From contig JAHJTE010000001.1 in the NCBI GenBank assembly GCA_018830005.1, forward strand, positions 449,332 through 513,331: a stretch of 64,000 bases of DNA, in the 5' to 3' direction. The position numbers and the translations under genes were made by a program. Below are positions 1-9,045 of this stretch, in pieces (positions within the stretch are counted from its first letter, which is position 1; each line of letters begins with the position of its first letter). Source of the DNA: Candidatus Omnitrophota bacterium. GTDB taxonomy: Bacteria > Omnitrophota > Gorgyraeia > JAHJTE01. Below the pieces are notes generated by a model. That model searched no databases. It saw nothing but the letters and a program-made list of their open reading frames with translations, and was not told the DNA's origin.

Positions 1-40
1 AAGAAATAGTCTATGGAATCGACTATAGTTAAACAGATTA

Positions 41-244
41 ATGGAAGATATAGATAAAAGCATAAGGGAAATAGAAGTTGAGGCAAGTTCTCCGCAAGAG
101 GCTATAGAGATAGCCCTTAAGAAATTAGGCGTTAAAAGAAATGAAGTAGAGATAAAGATATTGAATGAGGAAACCAAAGGGCTTTTTGGAATGGAAGGAT
201 CAAAACCAGCAAAAGTTAAAGTGAGAGTAAAGGAAAGAAAGTGA
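41..244 (+). CDS. Stand-alone Jag N-terminal domain protein
   Basis: EAIEIALKKLGV..EVEIKIL..ETKGLFG..SKPAKVKV matches the Jag_N pattern; no KH or R3H domains follow. Confidence 0.8.
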   Translation: MEDIDKSIREIEVEASSPQEAIEIALKKLGVKRNEVEIKILNEETKGLFGMEGSKPAKVKVRVKERK

Positions 245-501
245 CATATAAAATAACTGGAGATTGTCCTGAATGAGGCTATCCAAAGAAGTGAATCTTC
301 GGGATCCCGAAGAAGTTCTTTAGAAGTAACATCATTCGGGACAAACAATGCGGCCTTTGCGTAGAAAAGTGTCCTTTAAAAGTAATAGTAAAGAATGGAG
401 AAAGATACCAGATTACAGACAATTGCGAAGAATGCGGCATAGGTATAGAAAGCTGTCCAATGAGGGCGATTGTTGAAGTAGTAGAAGATTTTAAGAGATA
501 G
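241..501 (+). pseudogene. 2[4Fe-4S]-type ferredoxin interrupted by a 75-nt palindromic insert
   Basis: GTG start, MTYKITGDC [268-342 insert with two TGA] KQCGLCVEKCP...CEECGIGIESCP. Removing the insert restores CxxCxxCxxxCP. Confidence 0.75.
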
Positions 502-518
502 AAAACGATTGATAGACT

Positions 519-716
519 ATGCCTAGATGTGTGGCTAAAGAAATACAAGCTAAAGAGTTTACTCCCAGAGCAATAGGCAAAATTAGAGAAGGCAATTTCT
601 ATATCCCTGATTGCCCATATTATGAATCGCGAATTAATTTCCCTAAAAAAGTCAAAATAGACGAAATTCTTATTGGTTGGCATTGTTTCAATTGTAATAA
701 TTTTAAAGAAGATTAA
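519..716 (+). CDS. Small Cys-containing hypothetical protein
   Basis: ORF in a co-directional gene string; CPYY and CFNC motifs. Confidence 0.5.
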   Translation: MPRCVAKEIQAKEFTPRAIGKIREGNFYIPDCPYYESRINFPKKVKIDEILIGWHCFNCNNFKED

Positions 717-719
717 AAA

Positions 720-944
720 ATGGAATTTGAAAATCAAGGTATTAAATGTAGCAAATTTTGGGAAACAGAATTGGTCATCAAGAAGACTGAAGCTAAAATA
801 AGTGAGACAAGTAGCATTAAAGAGAGGCGATATTATGCTCAAGACATCTTACTTGAGGCAGAAGGTTTATTATCGTGTTTAAATTATAATTCTGGAAATC
901 CAGATTGCTTGAATTGTCACTCTATCTGCCGCGGCCACATTTAA
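720..944 (+). CDS. Small Cys-rich hypothetical protein
   Basis: ORF 3 nt after the previous stop; CLNCHSIC. Confidence 0.45.
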   Translation: MEFENQGIKCSKFWETELVIKKTEAKISETSSIKERRYYAQDILLEAEGLLSCLNYNSGNPDCLNCHSICRGHI

Positions 945-1006
945 GAATATGAATATTTAGCTAAAGAGAAAAGAAAAAAAGTTATTAATAGATAGGAGTC
1001 TCTCAT

Positions 1007-1402
1007 ATGTTTAAGAAAGACCAAAGATTGAAGATGCAAGAGAAAATTATTGATATCGAAGCCGGGATGCAAGGAAATATTAAATTTAGCAGCCCAGTCA
1101 ACTTAAGAATAAGCGGCAAATTTGAAGGAGAATTAGAAACCCAAGGAGTCTTAGCAATAGGAGAAAAGGCGGATGTAAAAGCTAAGAAGATCAAGGGAGA
1201 GTATATAACAATAGCCGGTAATGTAAAAGGTGATATTATAAGTAGTAAACGTCTGGAACTTTCTTCATCTGCAAAGGTGATTGGAAATATTAAGGCCCCA
1301 ATTTTGGTCATTAATGAAGGTGCTATGTTGAAAGGAAACTGTGAGGTCCCTTTCGAAGCTGAAAAAAGCGAGCCTAAAAAACACTCTAAAAAGAAGAAAT
1401 AA
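1007..1402 (+). CDS. Bactofilin / polymer-forming cytoskeletal protein (DUF583)
   Basis: Beta-helix repeats LRISGKFEGEL..LAIGEKADVKA..ITIAGNVKGDI..LVINEGAMLKGNC; AGGAG RBS. Confidence 0.9.
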   Translation: MFKKDQRLKMQEKIIDIEAGMQGNIKFSSPVNLRISGKFEGELETQGVLAIGEKADVKAKKIKGEYITIAGNVKGDIISSKRLELSSSAKVIGNIKAPILVINEGAMLKGNCEVPFEAEKSEPKKHSKKKK

Positions 1403-1488
1403 AGTTCCTTTCTATATTTTTTGATTTTATTTCTTTATACACCTTTTCAAAATTTCTCTCTATGCTTATCTTTACAATAAATCTTTGA

Positions 1489-1578
1489 TGTCCACCTTTT
1501 AAAAGAGGACAGACATTAACTCTCTACCTTCCAAATAGTTACGTCTTTTTAAGCCCCAAAACATTGGACAAATAGGAC
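1489..1578 (+). repeat. Module A copy 1 (TGTCC...GGACAAATAGGAC, ~90 bp)
   Basis: Alignable by eye with 2877-2966, 4837-4926 and partial 6594-6648. Confidence 0.75.
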
Positions 1579-1579
1579 T

Positions 1580-1620
1580 CCTTCGGCGCGCTCACTGCGT
1601 TCGCTTGCTCAGGATTTCGC
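1580..1620 (+). repeat. REP-like hairpin (CCTTCGGCG..GCTTGCTCAGGATTTCGC)
   Basis: Near-identical to 2968-3008; related TTCG..GCTCA hairpins at ~6670-6710 and 25406-25426. Confidence 0.7.
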
Positions 1621-1640
1621 TAAAGTGCTCAAAATTTAGC

Positions 1641-1752
1641 GAGGGGATAGCCTCTCTAAGTCCAGAATATTCTTGATATAACAAGGTATTGCGTATATAA
1701 TTACTCTATTAAATTGAGAGAGGTTTCCCCTCATGATGTTTGAGAGGGACCC
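1641..1752 (+). repeat. Module B copy 1: promoter inside imperfect inverted repeat, ending GAGAGGGACCC
   Basis: GAGGGGATAGCCTCTCT ... TTGATA(1673)-17-TATAAT(1696) ... AGAGAGGTTTCCCCTC-N9-TGAGAGGGACCC. Confidence 0.85.
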
Positions 1753-1922
1753 TTGATTTTTCTACAATAACAGAAAAATCAAGGGTGCTCCTAAGCCTAT
1801 CGGGAAAATATTGTAAAGATTTTCCCGATGTTTAGGCAAGGAGCCCCCTCAAAGTGTTTAAGCGAGGGGGCAGAGTATATTCGGAAAATTAATGGTTGTT
1901 CCGATGTTTAGGCAAGGAGCAA
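1750..1922. repeat. Cluster of hairpins with duplicated CCGATGTTTAGGCAAGGAGC
   Basis: CCCTTGATTTTTCT..AGAAAAATCAAGGG hairpin; 20-mer repeated at ~1825 and ~1901. Confidence 0.6.
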
Positions 1923-2177
1923 TTTTCTTACTGTATTGATTAGAATTGAAATATAATAGCCTCAAAAAGGAGGCTGTATGGGCAGGATGAATTTAGAGTA
2001 ATTAGACTAATCTTAGGGCGCTAGTAAATTAGCGCCTTTTCTAATTAGGTACGTGTCCCCGGAATTTGGTGCAGTTTCTACAAAGTTAATATCCGATAAG
2101 AATGAGGAGATTATTGTCCTTAATTCAGAACTAGCCAAGAAGGTAATAAGAAAAATAACCAAAGGAGGCGGATAAAA

Positions 2178-2804
2178 ATGAACTATTGGTATAAGTATTT
2201 GGGAGCGGTTATAGTTACATCTTTAATGGGCTGTGGTATGTTAACAGAGCCAGTAAAAGAGACTTCTAATGGTTATGAGCTACAGAAAAATACTTCTTTA
2301 AGGGTTATCTTGCAAACTCCTCTTAGCTCCAATACGAATGAGAGGGGCGATCAGTTTACTACGTATCTTGCTCAGGCCTTGGTTTTTAAAGAAAAGGCCA
2401 TATTACCTAAAGATACACAGATACGCGGCTTAGTTAAAAGAGTCAAGAAATATGAAAAACTTGGAGACCGCGCCAGTTTATTTCTGCTTTTTGACCAGAT
2501 TGTTTTTTCTGATGGTATACGAATACCGCTAGTGGCAAGTTTAAATACAGAAGAAGGAGATAGGGTAATAAAGATCAAGGGAAAGGCTCTAAAAGATACC
2601 ACAATAATTGGAGGTAGTGCTCTTGTGGGAACTGTGGTAGGAAGAAAGACATTAGGAAAAGACGGAGCAAAGAAAGGCCTTATTGTTGGAGCAGGCCTTG
2701 GTACAGGTGCTGTGCTTTTGTCTAATATGAAAGAAATAAAACTTCCTGCAGGTACAGAACTTGTGATAAAACTTGATGAACTTCTTCTACTTCCCAAGGA
2801 ATAG
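2178..2804 (+). CDS. Putative lipoprotein, TrbI-like beta fold with Gly-rich helices
   Basis: LMGC lipobox-like signal; LQTPLSSNTN..GDQF..LPKDTQIRG; IKLPAGTELVIKL; AGGAGG RBS. Confidence 0.65.
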   Translation: MNYWYKYLGAVIVTSLMGCGMLTEPVKETSNGYELQKNTSLRVILQTPLSSNTNERGDQFTTYLAQALVFKEKAILPKDTQIRGLVKRVKKYEKLGDRASLFLLFDQIVFSDGIRIPLVASLNTEEGDRVIKIKGKALKDTTIIGGSALVGTVVGRKTLGKDGAKKGLIVGAGLGTGAVLLSNMKEIKLPAGTELVIKLDELLLLPKE

Positions 2805-2876
2805 ATGTCAGAGAACTTTGAGGTAGGGGAGTCTAAGGAGTCGGTAGGAGTGTACTGTTTGTCACCTTGATGCAAT

Positions 2877-3154
2877 TGTCCGTCTTCTAATAGAGGACAA
2901 ACAGCAATCCTTTACTTCCCAAATAGTTGCAGACTTCTCAGCCTAAAAATACCGGACAAATAGGACTCCTTCGGCGTACTCACTTCGTTCGCTTGCTCAG
3001 GATTTCGCTAAATACTTATATTAAAGTACTCAAAATTTGGTGAGGAAATCGCCTCTCCGAATCCAGAATTTTCTTGATATAGCAAGGTATTGCGTATATA
3101 ATTGCTCTATTAAATTGAGAGAGGTTTCCCCTCATGACATTTGAGAGGGACCCC
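2877..3154 (+). repeat. Composite repeat copy 2 (module A + REP + module B at 3042-3154)
   Basis: Collinear with 1489-1752; TTGATA(3074)-17-TATAAT(3097). Confidence 0.85.
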
Positions 3155-3189
3155 ATTTTTTTCATCTCTGATGAAAAAAGTATAAGAGT

Positions 3190-3327
3190 AGGGGACGGTT
3201 CCTTAGAATGTAACTGATTAAGAGGCAATAGATTACAAATACTAATAAACAAGCTAAAAACAAGTTGATTATTTGCTATTATAATTAATTGAAATAAAAT
3301 AACTTGCATCAAGAGGAACCGTCCCCT
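3190..3327. mobile_element. MITE-like element with 14-bp terminal inverted repeats
   Basis: AGGGGACGGTTCCT (3190-3203) and AGGAACCGTCCCCT (3314-3327) around an AT-rich non-coding core. Confidence 0.6.
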
Positions 3328-3443
3328 TAATTCTTAATTCCACTTACTGCGCAAGGAGAAAACAGGAGGAGTTTTGTATCAGATAGCCGATAAACTGTAA
3401 TAAAGCAAATTCCGAAGAAGGGAGAAGAAGGGAGGATTAAAAC

Positions 3444-3581
3444 ATGGCAGACAAGAATAAACCATTGCAGTCAGGCGTTGGATCTCTAAAGCTATTTATC
3501 ATTGCGGCGGTAGTCATCCTTATCGCATGGATAATCGGCAAAGGCGTCTTAACGCTTATTTCATCTGCAAAACAAATGTAA
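3444..3581 (+). CDS. 45-aa single-TM small protein (below ORF-track cutoff)
   Basis: GGAGGA RBS; MADKNKPLQSGVGSLKLFIIAAVVILIAWIIGKGVLTLISSAKQM. Confidence 0.55.
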   Translation: MADKNKPLQSGVGSLKLFIIAAVVILIAWIIGKGVLTLISSAKQM

Positions 3582-3770
3582 TGGTTTTAGGTTTCATGTT
3601 CTGGAATAATGTCTGAAAAACGGAAATTATAAGAATGAAAATAGCGCTTATTGAACCTCGCGCTTGCGAAGCAAATGTCTAAAGAAAGAGTTCAAATAAT
3701 ATAATAATATTCTAGCGTTAAGTAGCCGGAATAGCAAAGTTAGCAAAGGAATAAGGAAAGGATTAAAATC

Positions 3771-4805
3771 ATGAATGATTATGTGTTTTCTGGCATTTTA
3801 ATAGTATCCGGCTTTACTGCCGGGTGGATACTTTATCTTTTTGTTTCATTTTTGCTTAAACGGAGTGATGGTCTTTTCAAAGAGCTCAAGGCCGATTTAA
3901 GGCGAATTAAAAGTCCCTTACGTTTTTTGGTGCCCGCTTTGTGTATTTCGATGGTTATTCCTTTCTTGCGGTTACCGGAAAAGGTGGGTGGCTTTATTAG
4001 CCATTTTATTCAAATCCTGTTTATTGCGTTGTTTGGTTGGGTTATCGTAAAGATTGTTTTTATTGTCCGCGATGCGCTTTTGAACCGTTATGATATTAAT
4101 GCTCGGGACAATGTGCATGCCCGCAGCATGCATACACAAATACGTTTAATCGCAAACATCATTGGCGTGGTTCTAGTTTTGTTAAGTGTTTCTTTTATTT
4201 TGATGAGTTTTGCAGAAGTCAGGCAGATAGGGGTCAGCATATTGGCTTCGGCAGGAGTTATCGGTATAGTTATAGGTTTTGCTGCACAAAAAACGCTAGG
4301 GAATCTTATCGCCGGCATTCAGATAGCCATCGCTCAGCCAATTCGGCTGGATGATGTGGTCATTATTGAAGGCGAATGGGGATGGATTGAGGAAATTACC
4401 CTCACTTTTGTGGTAGTGCGTATTTGGGATCTAAGGCGATTGGTAATTCCGATATCGTATTTTCTTGAAAAGCCATTTCAGAATTGGACGCGGACTTCAG
4501 CAGATTTGCTGGGAACTGTTTTTATCTATACCGATTACACTGTACCCGTGAAAGAAGTACGTAATGAATTAACACGTATCCTGGAAAATAATTCAAAGTG
4601 GGATAAAAAGGTCAATGTGTTGCAGGTTACCAATGCTACTGAAAAAACAGTTGAACTGCGAGCGCTGATGAGCGCAGCAGATTCTCCTACTGCCTGGGGT
4701 TTACGCTGTGAGGTCAGGGAAAAGCTCCTGGAGTTTCTGCAACAACGCTTCCCGGAATGTTTACCGCGGATTCGCATTGAAATGAATAAGGGGGAATCAA
4801 GTTGA
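3771..4805 (+). CDS. Small-conductance mechanosensitive channel (MscS family)
   Basis: GVIGIVIGFAAQKTLGNLIAGIQI..QPIRLDDVVIIEGEWGWIEEITL; N-terminal TM helices. Confidence 0.93.
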   Translation: MNDYVFSGILIVSGFTAGWILYLFVSFLLKRSDGLFKELKADLRRIKSPLRFLVPALCISMVIPFLRLPEKVGGFISHFIQILFIALFGWVIVKIVFIVRDALLNRYDINARDNVHARSMHTQIRLIANIIGVVLVLLSVSFILMSFAEVRQIGVSILASAGVIGIVIGFAAQKTLGNLIAGIQIAIAQPIRLDDVVIIEGEWGWIEEITLTFVVVRIWDLRRLVIPISYFLEKPFQNWTRTSADLLGTVFIYTDYTVPVKEVRNELTRILENNSKWDKKVNVLQVTNATEKTVELRALMSAADSPTAWGLRCEVREKLLEFLQQRFPECLPRIRIEMNKGESS

Positions 4806-4836
4806 TACGAACAGCGTTTTCTGGTAAAAACTCTGC

Positions 4837-5049
4837 TGTCCACCTAAAAGAGGTGGACATTTTATATCTATCTATACTTCAAATGGTTACGCAATTTCCA
4901 GCCCAAAATGACCGGACATTTTGGGCAATTCTAACGAGGAAACAGCCTCTCTAAAGTTGCAGTATTAGGCATATATTAAGGTGATTCCTATATATAAGCG
5001 TTATTTGGAAACAGAGAGGTTTCCCCTCATGGAATACGAGAGCGACCCC
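4837..5049 (+). repeat. Composite repeat copy 3 (module A directly joined to module B at 4936-5049)
   Basis: TGTCCACCT..GGACATTTTGGGCA then GAGGAAACAGCCTCTCT..AGAGAGGTTTCCCCTC..GAGAGCGACCCC; promoter core diverged, no REP. Confidence 0.8.
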
Positions 5050-5188
5050 ATTTTCTATTTCCGTGATTTTCGACGATGTAGCGCCAAGGATAACGGTATG
5101 CAATTACTGAAGTTGCGTTGTTTAAGGATATGTTTTAGCTGAGTTCTTCTTTTGTTATCTCAAAAATATTTATGAAAGGAGGATTGAG

Positions 5189-5719
5189 ATGAAGAAAAAC
5201 ATTGTATTTGCTTTTGCGGCAATTGTTTTTATTGCGTTTTTTCTTCCTTGGGTTTCAGTTGGGACGGGATCTGCAGTCGGAAAACTGACTAAAATTATCC
5301 AGGGAGAGGGGAAGCAAGCGCAATTTATGTCCATAAGCGGTTTTCAGGTTCCGGTTATGGCAAACAGTAAAGAATCAAAATTGATGGTCACAGTTATTAA
5401 AATTTTCCAGCCGGGCATAACAAATGCGGATAAAAAAAGTTACTTAATCTGGGTTGTCCCTCTTATGGCAATAATTATGTCTTTGGCAGCTAGGTTCTTT
5501 AAGGATAATAAGTGGGTGCATTTGGCTATCGCAATAATCGGGGTGTTGATATTTGTGGTGGCGGTATTTAAAATTGCTACAACCGATTTAGATAAAGTAG
5601 TGATGAAGGTAAATATTGAGTCCGGACTATGGTTGGTATTTATCGGTTATCTTGGGATCGGCGTTTTAAGCGTAGTTGAATTTTTGCGTTTATTTAAGGC
5701 CAAGGTCGATTCCGATTGA
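5189..5719 (+). CDS. 4-TM membrane protein, unknown function
   Basis: AGGAGG RBS; FFLPWVSV motif, hydrophobic segments. Confidence 0.75.
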   Translation: MKKNIVFAFAAIVFIAFFLPWVSVGTGSAVGKLTKIIQGEGKQAQFMSISGFQVPVMANSKESKLMVTVIKIFQPGITNADKKSYLIWVVPLMAIIMSLAARFFKDNKWVHLAIAIIGVLIFVVAVFKIATTDLDKVVMKVNIESGLWLVFIGYLGIGVLSVVEFLRLFKAKVDSD

Positions 5720-5830
5720 TTTATCCTGTGTATTAACCATTGATATAATGGTCGATTAGGAGTAATTTAAAGTTGTCTTATCAATTAAAAAATAGTTTTT
5801 ATGAGTTATTTTAATTTATGGGAGGTGGGT

Positions 5831-6505
5831 ATGAAAAAAAGAAGCGTGATGTTCGTTGTTGTGGGTTGCGTGTCTTTTCTCTTGCTTGTTACCTCAATCG
5901 CGAGAGCAGAGGAAGTAAAACCGTTGCAGCTAGCGCTAATTGATACAATTCAGCTTGTTCCAGCAACTGATTCGATCAAAGGGCTCCGGTTAGAAGTCTA
6001 CGGGGTTAACAATGATGTGACTGGTTTAAGTTTAGGTTTTGTGCATAAAGCTACAGGTAATGTTAAAGGAGTAGAATTAGGTCTAGTGGGAGTTGTCGAA
6101 GGTGATTTTTATGGTTGGCAGAGCTCTTGGATTCTTAGCTCCGTATCGGGAAGGTTTGTAGGCGTGCAAGGAGGAATTGTTTCTCTTGCTAAAGACAAAT
6201 TTACCGGTTGGCAGAGTGGTATTGTAGCTTCGACTGAGGGGATGTTTAAAGGCCTTCAGAGTGGCCTGGTGAATATTGCTAATACTGATGCCAAAGGAGT
6301 CCAGCTCGGTGCTGTTAACTGGACTGAAAATTCCTTTGAGGGAGTTCAGCTGGGCATTGTTAATCATGCCGGCGAAGTGCGCGGATTACAGCTTGGTATT
6401 GTCAATTATACCAAGTCTCTCAACGGCCTCCAGATCGGCCTTGCCAACTACAACGGCAATAAAGACCCTCTGGAATTCATGGTGCTTGTTAACTGGTCGT
6501 TCTAA
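5831..6505 (+). CDS. Secreted Gly-rich repeat protein (LA_2272/VC2662-like GxQxGxxN repeats)
   Basis: Signal peptide, repeated GVQLG.VN, C-terminal NWSF; GGAGG RBS before ATG 5831. Confidence 0.8.
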   Translation: MKKRSVMFVVVGCVSFLLLVTSIARAEEVKPLQLALIDTIQLVPATDSIKGLRLEVYGVNNDVTGLSLGFVHKATGNVKGVELGLVGVVEGDFYGWQSSWILSSVSGRFVGVQGGIVSLAKDKFTGWQSGIVASTEGMFKGLQSGLVNIANTDAKGVQLGAVNWTENSFEGVQLGIVNHAGEVRGLQLGIVNYTKSLNGLQIGLANYNGNKDPLEFMVLVNWSF

Positions 6506-6535
6506 TTAATCTATAAACTATCCTTTAGCTCAAAC

Positions 6536-6582
6536 AGGGATATCTCCTAATATGCGCTCAATTGATATAGGGGGATATCCCT
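6536..6582 (+). terminator. Hairpin, probable terminator
   Basis: AGGGATATCTCCTA..TAGGGGGATATCCCT followed by ATATTTT. Confidence 0.55.
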
Positions 6583-6593
6583 ATATTTTAGCC

Positions 6594-6826
6594 TTATCTT
6601 TCAAATAGTTTAGAAAGTTAGGTCAAAAATGACTGGACAAAACGGACATGGCTCGACGCATTCGTTTCGCCCTTCGAAGAAGCTCAGGGTTTGCTTCATT
6701 TGCTCACCATGAGTGAGGAATCACCTCTCTGAAGTCAAAATATTCTTGATATAACAAGGTATTGCGGATATAATTGCCATTGTGAATTAAGAGAGGTTTC
6801 CCCTCGGCTAATATGAGAGCGACCCC
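6594..6826 (+). repeat. Composite repeat copy 4 (partial A + REP + module B at 6715-6826)
   Basis: TCAAATAGTT..GGACAAAACGGACA; TTGATA(6746)-17-TATAAT(6769); ends GAGAGCGACCCC. Confidence 0.85.
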
Positions 6827-6902
6827 AATTCTTGAGAATATGTGATTAAATAGTAGTAATGAGTCAAGGTTGCAATAAGCACAGCACAAAAGGGGTATCA
6901 AC

Positions 6903-7256
6903 ATGAAAAACCTTTTCAGCCAGTTACGTGTAAACAAAAACATCTGTTTCTGTCTTATCCTTTTCTCTGTTGCTGCCGTGGTTTGTGCGCAGACACTCGA
7001 GAGACAGCGTCCCCCTATATCTGCGCAGGAAGCCATCCGCCTGGCCGAACGATACGTGACTAATAACAAGATTGACGTCTCGAAGCATTTCATCAGTTCG
7101 GTGCGCTATATTGTGTCGGGAAGTTGGACAGATAGCTCAATAGGCAAAGGTCCCTATTGGCAAGTAACCTACGAATTGGTTCAATTAGCGGATGGGGGTC
7201 AGCACTTCATATTGATTTATATGGACGGTAAGATCGGCAGAATCGGCGGATTATGA
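6903..7256 (+). CDS. Secreted hypothetical protein (PepSY-like pattern)
   Basis: Signal peptide; ISAQEAIRLAE..PYWQVTY..IYMDGKI. Confidence 0.65.
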   Translation: MKNLFSQLRVNKNICFCLILFSVAAVVCAQTLERQRPPISAQEAIRLAERYVTNNKIDVSKHFISSVRYIVSGSWTDSSIGKGPYWQVTYELVQLADGGQHFILIYMDGKIGRIGGL

Positions 7257-7286
7257 AAACAAGTTCGCCGAAGCATTCATTGGTCG

Positions 7287-7326
7287 TTAAGAGAGGTTTC
7301 CCCTCGGCTAATATGAGAGGGACCCC
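7287..7326 (+). repeat. Module B right half; 40-bp direct repeat of 6787-6826
   Basis: 39/40 identical, exactly 500 bp downstream. Confidence 0.9.
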
Positions 7327-7362
7327 AGTAATATCATTCTCTTCAGCATTCGGGAGAGTTTC

Positions 7363-7398
7363 AAGGCTATTGATTGATACCGGTCAATAGCCTTTTTT
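7363..7398 (+). terminator. Rho-independent terminator
   Basis: AAGGCTATTGA..TCAATAGCCTTTTTT. Confidence 0.7.
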
Positions 7399-7665
7399 AT
7401 CTGTTGCTGTTTCAAAGAGTTAGGGCATTATATTTATTGGCACTATATCGAATTTTTCCACACCATAAGCTGTTTATAAAGCCTCTCTGAATATCGCCAC
7501 TTAATCGCCAAAATAGGCCAATTCCTCTCTTAGTTTATGGCAGCTAGTTTATGCTATATTGGTCAAGATATTGGATATAGATCGGGTTGAATATGGGCAT
7601 AAACTAGGAATTGAGAAGGCTCATTATGTGTTGCAAATATATCAAATTGGGATATAATTCCTTAT

Positions 7666-8988
7666 ATGGAGAATAATGGCTTAATCATAGCATTGACAGG
7701 GCGGTTTGGGGCTGGTTGTTCAACAACAGCTAATTTCTTTGCCAATAATAAGAAGCTGAATTGTAAAAGCTATAGCATCTCAGCATTTCTGAAAGACAAG
7801 GCAAAGAAAGAAATAGTCAATTTTGAACAAAAGAATCCCGAAGAAAGAAGAAAGATTCTGCAGGATTTGGGTGATAGTTTAAGAAAGGAAAAGCTAAGCG
7901 CTCTGGTAGATCCTATAATTAAAGACATTAAAGATAACAATGTAGAAAATGTGGTTATTGAATGCATCAGAAATCCAGGTGAGGTTACAGAATTAAGGCA
8001 TGCATTTGGTAATCGTTTTTTTCTCTTAGCCATAGACTCAGAGACAGAAACTCGTTGGAAGAGAGTCGAAAAGATGTATAAAGGAAATAGAGCAAACTTC
8101 GATATTAATGACCGACGAGATGCTGGTGAGGAGCAGCCGCCATTGCCTAATGGGCAAAATGTGAAAAAGTGCATTGAGCTAGCGGATATATTGATTAATA
8201 GCGAAGATAATTTTTATAAAGAAGATGAAACAAAAGACGAAGTAGTTATTGATCGCTACGGACAAAAACTATCCGATTATACTGAATTAATGTTAAACCC
8301 GGGTGCCAGACCACCATATCCGGATGAATTATATATGCATCATTCTTGTAGCGTGGCTTTATGGTCTAAATGTTCCAGGAGACAGGTAGGGGCTACTATA
8401 ATCCATGAGGTGTTGAATAAGAAACCTGATAAGCAAGATGTAAAAAATAAGAGCGATAGCGATAAAGAAATTATACTTGAAAGTTACGTCATTGCGACTG
8501 GTTGTAATAATGTACCATGGGGAGAGATTGATTGCAGAGTTTTGTACAAGAGTGAGTCGACTAAAAAAAGATGTCATAAAGAAAAGGTTAAGATTAAACA
8601 TTTTAGCAAGTACAAATATTGCAGGGAATGTGGGGCGGCATTGAACGATCGTACTTTAGTTTGTACCTGTGGAGTTGAAAATTCAAAATTACCCGGAAAG
8701 TTGTTGGATGTTTGTAGAGCTGTTCATGCGGAAGAGTCAGCTATACTCCAGGCAGCCAAGTTAGGAACCACCCCATTAAATGGGGCTAAGCTTTATACTT
8801 CTACTTTTCCTTGCATGCTTTGTTGTAAAAAGATTATTAACGCAGGTATCAAGAATTTAATATATTTAGAGTCTTACCCGATGGAAGAGTCATTAGCTAT
8901 TAGCATGTTTAGGAAGTGTAATGTCAAGATTTCTAAATACGAAGGTGTGAATTCAATTGTATTTAACAGGCTTTTTAAAAGAGAATAG
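7666..8988 (+). CDS. P-loop kinase-dCMP/dCTP deaminase fusion (AvcD/DcdV-like anti-phage nucleotide depletion)
   Basis: GRFGAGCST P-loop, IRNPGEV, SKCSRRQVGA, HAEE and PCMLC deaminase Zn motifs. Confidence 0.85.
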   Translation: MENNGLIIALTGRFGAGCSTTANFFANNKKLNCKSYSISAFLKDKAKKEIVNFEQKNPEERRKILQDLGDSLRKEKLSALVDPIIKDIKDNNVENVVIECIRNPGEVTELRHAFGNRFFLLAIDSETETRWKRVEKMYKGNRANFDINDRRDAGEEQPPLPNGQNVKKCIELADILINSEDNFYKEDETKDEVVIDRYGQKLSDYTELMLNPGARPPYPDELYMHHSCSVALWSKCSRRQVGATIIHEVLNKKPDKQDVKNKSDSDKEIILESYVIATGCNNVPWGEIDCRVLYKSESTKKRCHKEKVKIKHFSKYKYCRECGAALNDRTLVCTCGVENSKLPGKLLDVCRAVHAEESAILQAAKLGTTPLNGAKLYTSTFPCMLCCKKIINAGIKNLIYLESYPMEESLAISMFRKCNVKISKYEGVNSIVFNRLFKRE

Positions 8989-9045
8989 CGATAAAGTTCT
9001 TGCATTGAGACAAAAAAGAATTATAATATAGTCAAAGAGATAAAT

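Noticed and set aside
265-294. Selenocysteine ferredoxin (C-P-E-TGA)
   Set aside because: Both TGAs lie inside the palindromic insert, and the canonical motif is complete without them.
3635-3682. MKIALIEPRACEANV, resembling a B12-radical SAM N-terminus
   Set aside because: Only 15 codons; at most a remnant.
1641-7326. CRISPR array or classical integron attC array
   Set aside because: Spacing is gene-sized and irregular, there is no RYYYAAC/GTTRRRY core, and no cas or intI gene is in the window.
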